Below, piece by piece: positions 26,598-35,776 of a stretch of 64,000 nucleotides of DNA. The position numbers were made by a program, and so were the translations under genes. Source of the stretch: Trichosphaerium sp. ATCC 40318 (lineage: Eukaryota; Protista; Tubulinea); the NCBI GenBank assembly GCA_038496445.1, contig JALMLS010000100.1, forward strand, positions 124,001-188,000, written 5' to 3'. Position 1 is the first letter of the stretch, and every line of letters starts with the position of its first letter. Under the pieces are notes generated by a model. The model did not search any database, had not been told where the DNA came from, and saw only the letters and a list, made by a program, of their open reading frames with translations.

Positions 26598-27596
26598 TCA
26601 GACAAAAGTGTCCACGCCCAACGCTAACGCAGTGCCACGAGCCAATCTTCTCTTGACAGCACGTTTCTGTTCATCTTCAACAATGATGTACAGCAACACT
26701 GCCTCTGATTTCCAATCTCCCAGTTCCTTTATCACTGGTACAGGGCTACCTAACTTAAAAGCCCACGTAGCGCCCCCTCTTCGAAACGAATGACCCGCGA
26801 ACAAATGGGGGTCGAAGCCCAATTGTGTCATGAGCTTCTTCGTTTCTGTAACAAAGAGTTTATAAGTCAACGTCCAAATTTTTCCTTTAATTTTGCAAGC
26901 GAAAATTGACTTTGACGCAGGCGCCACGTGTGCCAGCAAGGTGTGAAGATACGGTGTCGGAGAGATCGGCGAGTCAGAATCAACCAATTCGATAGACAAG
27001 GTACGTGACCTATCTTGAATCGTCTTGGTTTTTGTAAACTTCAGTGTGAACCCAGAATCGTTCCGTATAAGATTCTGTCGACTGATGTTGTAACCTTCAA
27101 TGAAGGTATTTGGAGACTTTGGCAGCAGTTGACCCGAGCGGAGAAACGTGTCAAAGGCTGTCAGCGCCGCCGTGTAATAAATAAAAGCTTTAGCATCACT
27201 TAAATCAAGAAGTTCTTTCATTTTAAAAAGATGAAAAGGAGTAATCGGATGTTTACGGTTTATACGTACCCCTTTTGTCTTCGAGATGCCATTAAGAAGC
27301 AGGTTAAAGCGAAACATTCTCTCAGTGTCAGGTCTGGGGAAACCGTACCACTGTGAGTAAAATTTCACGGCGCCAATATAGCTTCGAATTGTTTGAGGAG
27401 ACAATTCGAAATCGATCGCCATCATTGTGACCGCGTCACATAGTTTTTGTTCAACGATCGGGAAAGGAGAGATCTTCAACAACACACATACCTTCAGATA
27501 AGACCTCCAACCTGAACGGTACGACTTCCAAGTGCCTTTTTCAAGAGCTGCACGCATCAAATCCATTTGAAATACGCTCAAACTTTGTTCGTCCAT
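26598..27596 (-). CDS. Tyrosine recombinase of the DIRS/Ngaro element
   Basis: Catalytic residues are intact: R (FLRSGQL), K (KTKT), H-x-x-R (GHSFRRGGA), LGDWKS and Y (VLLYI). Confidence 0.95.
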   Translation of the reverse strand: MDEQSLSVFQMDLMRAALEKGTWKSYRSGWRSYLKVCVLLKISPFPIVEQKLCDAVTMMAIDFELSPQTIRSYIGAVKFYSQWYGFPRPDTERMFRFNLLLNGISKTKGVRINRKHPITPFHLFKMKELLDLSDAKAFIYYTAALTAFDTFLRSGQLLPKSPNTFIEGYNISRQNLIRNDSGFTLKFTKTKTIQDRSRTLSIELVDSDSPISPTPYLHTLLAHVAPASKSIFACKIKGKIWTLTYKLFVTETKKLMTQLGFDPHLFAGHSFRRGGATWAFKLGSPVPVIKELGDWKSEAVLLYIIVEDEQKRAVKRRLARGTALALGVDTFV

Positions 27597-29164
27597 TGAG
27601 AGGTGTCAAATGGTAAACAATTGATGGTACAGAAATGGCGTGCGCCCTTGAGATCATCACGAGAAAGAAGGTCAGTAATCGTGTTGTCAGCACTTGAGAT
27701 GTGCTTAAAAACGATTCGGAAGTGTTTTGTTGCTTGCCAAAAATGAATGTCACGAATAAGTGGCATTGCGTTTTTGACCTTTGAGGTAAGCCTGTTGAGA
27801 GCTGCCTCTGCATTTGTGTTGTCGGTAAATGCGTGTTGTAGAGATCTTCCTCTAAATAGATCTCCAAAAACTTTGAGTCCAGCGTGAAGAGCGAAAATCT
27901 CGTGCCAAGCAATAGATTCTTGTCTCTGTTGTAAAGAGAACTCGCCCATAACCCAATGGCCTCTGTAGTATACTCCCCAACCCCAATCAGAAGCATCCGC
28001 AGCGAAGAACTCATAATTGCACGGTAAAGGATCGACCAAGATCGCCTTACCATTGAACACCTCCATGTAATTTAACCACCAATCAATGTCTTTCTGAAAC
28101 TGTTGATTGAGGTGTACACGATGATACGGTTGCTTGGCGGTGTTCATGCGATTAAGAATTCTTCTAAGATAGGTGCGCCCACCGAACACGACACCTGAAG
28201 CCCAATTTAGCTTACCAGCTAAAGATTGAATCTCCCTCTTTGTAACGCATTTTCTTGTTTTGAACCAACGAAGAAGGGAGCGAATTTCAATCAGTTTATC
28301 TTTAGGCAGTCTAGCTTCACGTTTTACAGTATCCAATTCAATACCTAAAAACGTGAGAACGGTGGACGGCTCTGAAATTTTTGTGTCACGTATCGTGAAG
28401 CCCAGAGACCGTAGTAAAAGGACAAGAGCGTCTCGGACGCGACGACAGGTTTCTTTGTCACCGGCAGCAACCAGAAAATCATCCACGTATACGGTGATAT
28501 AGAGCCAGGTACTCTCACTGAAAATTTCTTTGATTGCATCCGTTATGGTGCAAAATATATAGGGTGCAATGTTAAGGCCGAAAGGAAGACGTGTATCGCA
28601 ATACCACTTACCATTCCACATAAACGCAATGAACTGCCATGAATCTGGATGTACTGGTACGCTTCTATATGCTTCGCTAATGTCTACTAGCGCCAGAAAA
28701 CATCCAATTCCTAAAATAAACATAAAACGTATAGCATCCGCTATACTACACATTTTAAAGGTTGGCGGCTCATTGTAATCATTGACTGAGTTACCCTTGG
28801 GCATACTCAAGTCAATGATCCTACGCGCTTTACCATTTTGCTTAACAAGTACACCTAAAGAGTTTAGACGCTTCGGTTCAGACGGTGACTCGAAAATACG
28901 TCCCAGAGACAATTCGTGCTCAACATCGTCATCTAGCAGTTGACGGTTAAGTTCACAGGAAGAGTAATTAGCTAAACGGACTGGAGGATCATTCAAACAA
29001 ACAAAGGGAACAATAACAACGCCAAAGAGTAACCAGTTTAAGATCAAATTTTTATTTTTGTGAACATATAAAAATTCATCCCAAACTTTAGCGTTTTTCG
29101 TCAAAGGCGATACGAGAGCCTCTGACGCATGTATCCGTTGTACGAATCTAAGAGCCTCCGCCAC
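27578..29164 (-). CDS. Reverse transcriptase + RNase H (DIRS type)
   Basis: RT motifs VDISEAYRSVPV, LPFGLNIAP, YVDD and FLGI. RNase H motifs ADASDWGWG, IAWHE, TDN and NTITDLLSR. No ATG precedes the RT core, and the ORF is in frame with gag. Confidence 0.95.
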   Translation of the reverse strand: MAEALRFVQRIHASEALVSPLTKNAKVWDEFLYVHKNKNLILNWLLFGVVIVPFVCLNDPPVRLANYSSCELNRQLLDDDVEHELSLGRIFESPSEPKRLNSLGVLVKQNGKARRIIDLSMPKGNSVNDYNEPPTFKMCSIADAIRFMFILGIGCFLALVDISEAYRSVPVHPDSWQFIAFMWNGKWYCDTRLPFGLNIAPYIFCTITDAIKEIFSESTWLYITVYVDDFLVAAGDKETCRRVRDALVLLLRSLGFTIRDTKISEPSTVLTFLGIELDTVKREARLPKDKLIEIRSLLRWFKTRKCVTKREIQSLAGKLNWASGVVFGGRTYLRRILNRMNTAKQPYHRVHLNQQFQKDIDWWLNYMEVFNGKAILVDPLPCNYEFFAADASDWGWGVYYRGHWVMGEFSLQQRQESIAWHEIFALHAGLKVFGDLFRGRSLQHAFTDNTNAEAALNRLTSKVKNAMPLIRDIHFWQATKHFRIVFKHISSADNTITDLLSRDDLKGARHFCTINCLPFDTSQWTNKV

Positions 29165-29167
29165 GTT

Positions 29168-30553
29168 TCATTTGTTGCTGCTTCCATTGCGTCGTCTGGT
29201 GGTATTTGTACCCGATTTTGCCGTTGATGAAGCGAGCGATGTGGTCGACAAACCCTTTGAGCTTTTGGTGCTTTGATCGTAGGTCTCCCATGGCTTTTCC
29301 TTTTGATTCCTCAAGCTGCCGTAGTCAGTACGAGGAACAGAATTTAAAGCAATTAAGTTAGAAGGAACGTCGTACCACTTGGATCCGTCTAGCAAGTTCC
29401 TTGATCTTACCTGCATGTCCAGCGATTTTATACTGCGTTTCCCGCTCCATCTGAGACCTGATTCGTGAAATGAGAAAATAATTTCAAGATATTTCACGTA
29501 GTCTTCGAGCATATCAAGCGACAATTGACCCTTACGAACAAGGTCAATGTATCTTGACATTGCACGCATGTTAAGCATTCCGTAGCACGATGGACTGTAG
29601 TCGTCATCGTTACGTAATGCCCTGACCTCCTTTTTAGACAAGAGCAGTGACGTAGTGTCACGCAATTCGCCCAAGAAAATAACCGGTGCACGATCGTACA
29701 TTGGCGAAGAAGTTTTTGGTCGTTTTGGCAGAGGAGAAGGATCCACGGAGGCTTTGCGTTTACCAGACTGAGGTAAGTAACGCGCTTCCACTTGCGATTC
29801 GAGGGCGTTGATAGCGTCATCGATCGAAGGGCCCTCTGAACGAGGACTAACGAAGCGTTCACGAACCACCGGCTCACCAACCGTTGATTGAACAAACGAG
29901 GAAGGAGGAGCCGCCTGGTAGCCAGCGAATACGTTTCTTCCACTTTCATCGACCGCAGTCGAGGGTTGAGATGTTGGTACGCTAGGTACACTCAAGTCAA
30001 CAAGCGGAGGTGTAAGTGACGCGATCTTAGCAACCTCAGCTACTTCGACCTTGTCACGGAGCACCTTGTAGTCATCTTTCAAATCGCCCAGGGCGTTGAG
30101 AATAGAAGACATAAAAGAGACGACTTCTGGCATACCTGGAGCATTCGGATCAACAGCTGGAGGGACAGGCGTGGACTTCAGGGTGCTAGCGGATTCTAGT
30201 GGGCGAGGAGACTCTACAGGAGGAGTGTTAATCAAATGAAGAACTTCATCAGAAAGGCAAAGTTTTTGATTGCGATTAAGAAAAGCATCGGGCAAAGCAA
30301 CATTCTTCTCGAGAGAATGGATCAAAAAGTCAAAGTATGCAATTCGTTGGGGAACGAGGTAATTCTTCCAGATTTCTCCAAAATCAGAACTCACTCCCTT
30401 AGTCATTGCGGACGCTAAACCGTCCACGACGGCTGTCCTTTTTACGTTTGCAACCACAAAATTCTGCAGCGAGCGAAGAATTTCTAAAGCGTTTTGTACG
30501 TCCTCTTTGGACATGCCATAGGAGGATGAAAACGTGCCGGTAGTATTAGACAT
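29168..30553 (-). CDS. ORF1/gag-like protein of the Ngaro element
   Basis: Long intronless ORF between repeat A1 and the RT. First ATG is at 30553, and the middle is Pro/Ser-rich. Confidence 0.8.
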   Translation of the reverse strand: MSNTTGTFSSSYGMSKEDVQNALEILRSLQNFVVANVKRTAVVDGLASAMTKGVSSDFGEIWKNYLVPQRIAYFDFLIHSLEKNVALPDAFLNRNQKLCLSDEVLHLINTPPVESPRPLESASTLKSTPVPPAVDPNAPGMPEVVSFMSSILNALGDLKDDYKVLRDKVEVAEVAKIASLTPPLVDLSVPSVPTSQPSTAVDESGRNVFAGYQAAPPSSFVQSTVGEPVVRERFVSPRSEGPSIDDAINALESQVEARYLPQSGKRKASVDPSPLPKRPKTSSPMYDRAPVIFLGELRDTTSLLLSKKEVRALRNDDDYSPSCYGMLNMRAMSRYIDLVRKGQLSLDMLEDYVKYLEIIFSFHESGLRWSGKRSIKSLDMQVRSRNLLDGSKWYDVPSNLIALNSVPRTDYGSLRNQKEKPWETYDQSTKSSKGLSTTSLASSTAKSGTNTTRRRNGSSNK

Positions 30554-30559
30554 CGAAAG

Positions 30560-30692
30560 ATTCGGTAAGACGAGATTTATTGGATCAGTTTTGGAAGTAC
30601 ACAAGAGATGTGTACGATGTAGAAAACGAGAAAACTAGCTAGTCCACTCATTTCTTTTCACCCGAAATAAACGCGAAGCATTTATTTCGCAG
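30560..30692 (-). repeat. Ngaro split repeat A1 (5' terminus)
   Basis: Identical to 26315-26447 and contains a terminal inverted repeat. Confidence 0.95.
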
Positions 30693-30720
30693 TTAATTGT
30701 ATTAAAATCTACCCGAAGCA

Positions 30721-32208
30721 ATGAATTTACCAGGTCTTTCTGTTGAGAAAGTCATCACACACTATTGTACTAAGCATAAAGAGAGATTAAGTAAAATCGT
30801 TCCAAAACATCGTCAAATACTTGTAAACGAACTTGAAAGCACCTTAAAAGTTGCATACTCGAACCTGCTACGCCAATTAGATGTATTCATCCTCAACAAC
30901 ACCAATACTGATGGTAAGACAACCAAACAGCATCTAGCGCCTGATGACAACGATAAGCGTGTGGTGCAATCTAAGTATAGTTTGGTGCCAAAATACAAGC
31001 AAACAAGACAGTACGTCACAATAATTACATCAAGTACTGATTAACGATCAAACAGAGAGGCAAGTCAACACAAAGTAGTGAACATTCTCAATTTCCCACC
31101 AGAAGTTATATCCACGATTTTAAGTCATACAGAAGCGAAATCAAGATTTGCTGTTGCTCAGTCATGTTGTTTGATGGCTGATATCATTCATCATGTTGTT
31201 GGATATGAAAGAGTGTATATTTACGATATTCCTGACATCTTAAAGGTCAGACAGTATAGAGGTATCATGAACAATAGTATCATTGTTATGAATGTTGATA
31301 ACAATACTTTGTATTCATTGTTATCTGGATGTAAATACATTGATACTTCATTCAAGACAAACCCAAACTTGAGATATTTAAGAAATGGAGTCATCAATGA
31401 TAATGATCTGAAAGCACTTGCAGGAGTACATTCTATTTGTCTTTATCGCTGTAAAAATATCACAGACGATGGTATTAAGGCATTGAAAGGTGTTCATACC
31501 ATAGATCTTACTTCGACGTTAGTTACAGATGAAGGAGTTAAGGCACTTGCTGGAGTTCATACAATTGACCTTTTGAATTGTGTAAAAGTCACAGACAAAG
31601 GCATCAAGTCACTAACAGGTGTTCACACAATTAAACTTGTTCGCACACAAGTAACAGATAAAGGTATAAAACAGCTTGCAGGAGTACACACTATCTACCT
31701 TGATAGAACTGCAGTTACAGATGAAGGTATCAAAGCATTAAAAGGTGTTCATACTATTTTCCTTGCAGATACCAAAGTTACAGATGAAGGAGTCAAAGCA
31801 CTTGCAGGCGTTCATGTTATCCACCTTGGAGATACTAAAGTGACAGATGAAGGAGTCAAAGCTCTTACAGGCGTTTATGCAATTGACCTTGCACGTACTA
31901 CAGTCACAGACAAAGCTATCAAAGTGCTTGCAGGTGTCCACGCCATTAATCTTGATAGTACTTCTGTTACAGATGAAGGTGTTAGATCATTAATAGGTGT
32001 TCATACGATTGGTCTTAAAAACTGTGACCAAATATCAGATGAAGCTATTCTGTCATTAACTGGTTTGTATGCTGTTGAAAAAAGTGACGAAAGTCCTAGG
32101 TTTTGTGTTGAAACTAGAAGACGTCTGTCAGCATATCGTCTAGATTACTCAGATCAATTCATACACTGTTCGTTGGAGCAACATAGTATAGGTATACCGT
32201 ACCTCTAG
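30721..32208 (+). CDS. F-box + LRR protein, copy B (inverted paralog of 10381-11907)
   Basis: Exon 1 MNLPGLSVEK..., a phase-2 intron at 31011-31055, then ILNFPPEVISTILSH and 22-aa LRRs. Confidence 0.9.
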
Positions 32209-32291
32209 TGTAGAACAAACAGTAAATTTTGTGCTTATTATACTGTATATTTTTGTTTATTGTTTGTGCTGAATTATATCTTTGTGTGCGG

Positions 32292-35200
32292 TTAGTCTAC
32301 AAGAAATACTGCTAAGCATAATACAAGTATATGAGCGAATATATAAATCCCATGAGCACTGCTTGATTGCTGTTGATCGCGGCCACTTGTGGTGTTAGTC
32401 TTTGCTGGTGCTGCTAAAAAGTCATAATTGCATACACCTTGCAACGTGTTAGCTTTACAAAATAGGCGTAATATTACTTACCTTCAGGAAACTCTCCTCT
32501 GGTATCAGCGTTTTCAGCAGCGTATTCTCTATTTCCAGTCTCCCAATTGGAAGCAAAACTAGTGAGGACTAAATGACGCCCAACGTCTTCTCTCTAGCAT
32601 TAGTCAGCTAATGCGTAAAATCACGTGCTACAAAAGAAAAATACCTTAATCTCAAGGACTTGACCACCTTGTTCCGCTCTGATTTGAAACGGATAGTGTA
32701 CTGTAAATGTAGTGTATCGATACATATACGAAGCTGTAGCCTGGAAACAACAAAGTTACAAACAAAACAAGATTTTTACAAACGTGTACATCAACTACTT
32801 CAAAAGCTGCTTCGTTTGGATTGTCTTGCTTATTTGAAACAACATATATAAGAGTACCTATCAATTCAGTTCTTCCGCCGTTCTCAGTACGAATTACAGT
32901 TCCAGTGTTTTCAGTTTTAACACCTTAAAGAAATTAATATCCACGTTCAAAAACTGTTTTCATAACCTACCAAAAATCCATAGATTGGCTCCTCTGTTAA
33001 TCACCTTATAGCGGCCTGGAGTTCCTTCTACATTTAACTGACGAATCCATACATTTTGAGGGTTATCAAGTATTAGTTGAGCGCCAACATTCTCAACATC
33101 TGTATCATTTAGCACAACACAAGAAAAAACAATGTCGTTTGTTTGGTGCTAACCGTCGTTGTATCTATCACGAATAATAGCATCTTCGATGAACAAATCT
33201 CCAGATCCAGGGTAGTTAAAATACTTTGGTAAAACACTGCTTATAAAAACAACTGTTCTGCTACTATTGTGGTGAAACTGAACGCTGCTGTAGAAGTGTA
33301 TATCTATAAGAAAAATATAAGAAAGATTCAAACTTGCGTTTGTTTCAACAAGCGTACGGTCAAATACAAGTGGTGGATCTGAGCTATCTCCTTCTACATA
33401 TAGGAATACTGTATTAGGAGCCGGAGCAAAATCATTTACATGACCATCCTTATGACGACAATTAAAACAAATCAAAGATTGTACGCAGGTACCATTGAAG
33501 CAAATAAGCGAACTTCTCTTGGGATAAGAAACTCTCCTTGTAAATGTTAGACCATTATCATGTAGTAAACAACGCACTATTTGGTGAGTCATCACCAATA
33601 CGAATAGTGAATCTAGGGAACCAAAGACAAGGTTTCTTTGTTTCTAAAAGTCTTTGAAGCATTTGTTTTCTAGTGCCAAAACACTGACAAATGATAAGTT
33701 GTTTGTTTTGATTCTATATACATTCTCATTTTGACGGTACCGAGTTAGGATGCTTATGAATACCAGACCAATCACTAGCATTAGAAGACCAAAAAGGTTT
33801 TGGTGTCTCACGTATTGGTAATCCTAAGGAATACCTATCATCTCCAAAATTCGTATGTAACTTTTTAGGCATTTGGTTCTTTTCATCATTGTCTGGTGTA
33901 TAAAAATATTCTCCGGAAATAGATGTCAAGGTACCAGCTAGAATAAGACGTGAGTAAGTTGCTATAAATAATACATCTGCTTACAATCTGCTGCCTTGTT
34001 TTCGAGAAGAAAATCGTAGTTGGTTGATTGAACATTTCGCAAGTACAACCAGTCTCCTTTACCATCCTCAAGGCCATTCTGCATAGACACATTCGCTGAA
34101 CCGGTACCTATGGTAATATTTAATCGATGTGAATACAATAACGTGATACACTATACCTGTGTATTCAAAGGTTGAGTCTAAAATCATGTTAAAGCCACGT
34201 TCTACAAATTGAAAAGCTGGTATGTTGTCTTTTTGTTTACTGTGGACTTTTCTCATTGCAATCTATTTAAAACTCCATCAATAAGTATAATTTTCACTTT
34301 CAGAGACAAGCATATGTACGTACAACATTGCCACGATTTTGAATAGCGGCCACTTTCTGGTCTTGTAGCACAATATGCTCAAAAGTTGGTCCGTACTCTA
34401 TTTGAAGTTAAGCTCACGGTTACTTTCCCTTCACTGTGCTACCTCCTTGTGCAATTTGAATACCATAATCAAAACCATCTATGCGCACAGAGCTGATTAG
34501 ACATGGACCTGGCCACTTGCGTATCATAGACAAACCAGTATGACCCTCAAAGTCAGTCTAGGCAACAGTTATCAAAAAGATGATACAATTGGTTTCGTCC
34601 TACCTTGATTCTCAAGTCACGAACAGCTCCTCTGTTGTTTGCGATGTAATCGAGTGCCATAGCCCCAGGATTACCTTCTCCAATCTCGATAGTAAACCAC
34701 CTGAAAAACTAACACCGTTAACATACTTCCCTAAAACTACTTGAATACAATGTGTACCTGCCGGAAAGATCGGTTTCCTTTCTTTGTCTTTATAAATGCC
34801 TTTGGAGCGTCTTTATCCTGGAACCCTTGTGAATCACTCGCTAGTTTTAATACCGTCTTATCGACACCGGCTCCCCTGAACGAAATACAGCAAGCCCCAG
34901 CAGGACCACCCTCTAACTTCAAGTCAGACAACTTTTCTCACAAACTTTTACTTTACCTAACCAGCTACCAGTAAAGCCTTCAGTAGGCCATGTTATTGTA
35001 TCTCTAAAAAGATACACTCCTTCTGGAAAATACAAAGGAAGCGGAACACCAAAAGTTGGGTTTCCAGGGTGTCCAGAGCGTAGCAACTAAAACAATACAA
35101 TAAATCACGTGTGCGGGTAAACTATGTCACATGGCTCTTTAAAATAAAAATAAAATACGAAAGCACGTGGGACAACAGGGTACCTCATTCAAAACTGCAG

Positions 35201-35559
35201 TATTATCGAAGATTCCATCGTTTTTCAGTCCGTGGTCTAACACATTCATGCCAAACTCTCCAATGCCATCAAAAAGTGTTTCTCTGTCTTTAGGGCACTT
35301 CCAAGATGATCTATAATGATTTTTAGGCTCTACTAGCGGTGTTGTAAAGTAAGAGAACTGTACGCTTGTGCTGCAAAGTTTCCAGTGCCATATTCCCGTA
35401 CCCAGTCGCCTACTGGCATCTATATAGCGTAAACAGCGAGCAGCAGTGCAAAGTACGTACAACAAGGTCAGATGTAGGAAATAAGTTTTCGCATGGCTGT
35501 GAGTGTGCCAAAACACCACAGAGAACCATTAGTATCAATACACGCAAAGGTGAAAGCAT
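32292..35559 (-). CDS. Secreted Pectate_lyase_3/GH55-like beta-helix protein with a hydrophobic (GPI-like) C-terminus
   Basis: Signal MLSPLRVLILMVLCGVLA. Motifs NVLDHGLKNDGIFDNTAVL, LYFPEGVY, GAGVDKTVLKL, GNPGAMALDYIANNRGAVRD and WPGPCLISSVRIDGFDYGI. C-terminus IFAHILVLCLAVFLVD. Confidence 0.8.
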
Positions 35560-35776
35560 GCGTTGCAAATCAAACTGAGGACAAATTCGGTTTAAAGTCA
35601 AATGTGAAAGCAAGAATAGTCGACATTTAAGTTTTGCTGTTTATACCTTACTTAAGTAAATCAGCACAATAATGACTTTCTGTAAGGTCTCGTTACCTAG
35701 ATGAGAAAGAAACCATAGAACCACGGAACAAAAGAATTATGATTCTAGTGTTAAACGTAGGAGTGGTAAAGTATTG

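Larger units (their letters stand above)
26139..30692 (-). mobile_element. Tyrosine-recombinase retrotransposon (DIRS order, Ngaro-type, split direct repeats A1-gag-RT/RH-YR-B1-A2-B2)
   Basis: Three intronless ORFs (gag-like, RT-RNase H, YR) with no methyltransferase domain. Identical 133-bp A repeats and 127-bp B repeats, no TSD, and higher GC than the flanks. Confidence 0.95.

Noticed and set aside
27541-28053. 170-aa third-frame ORF overlapping RNase H, and a 165-aa alternative ORF in gag (29494-29991)
   Set aside because: Neither is contiguous with the YR frame (a stop lies 4 codons upstream of the YR ATG) and neither has motifs. They are expected by chance in GC-richer TE sequence.
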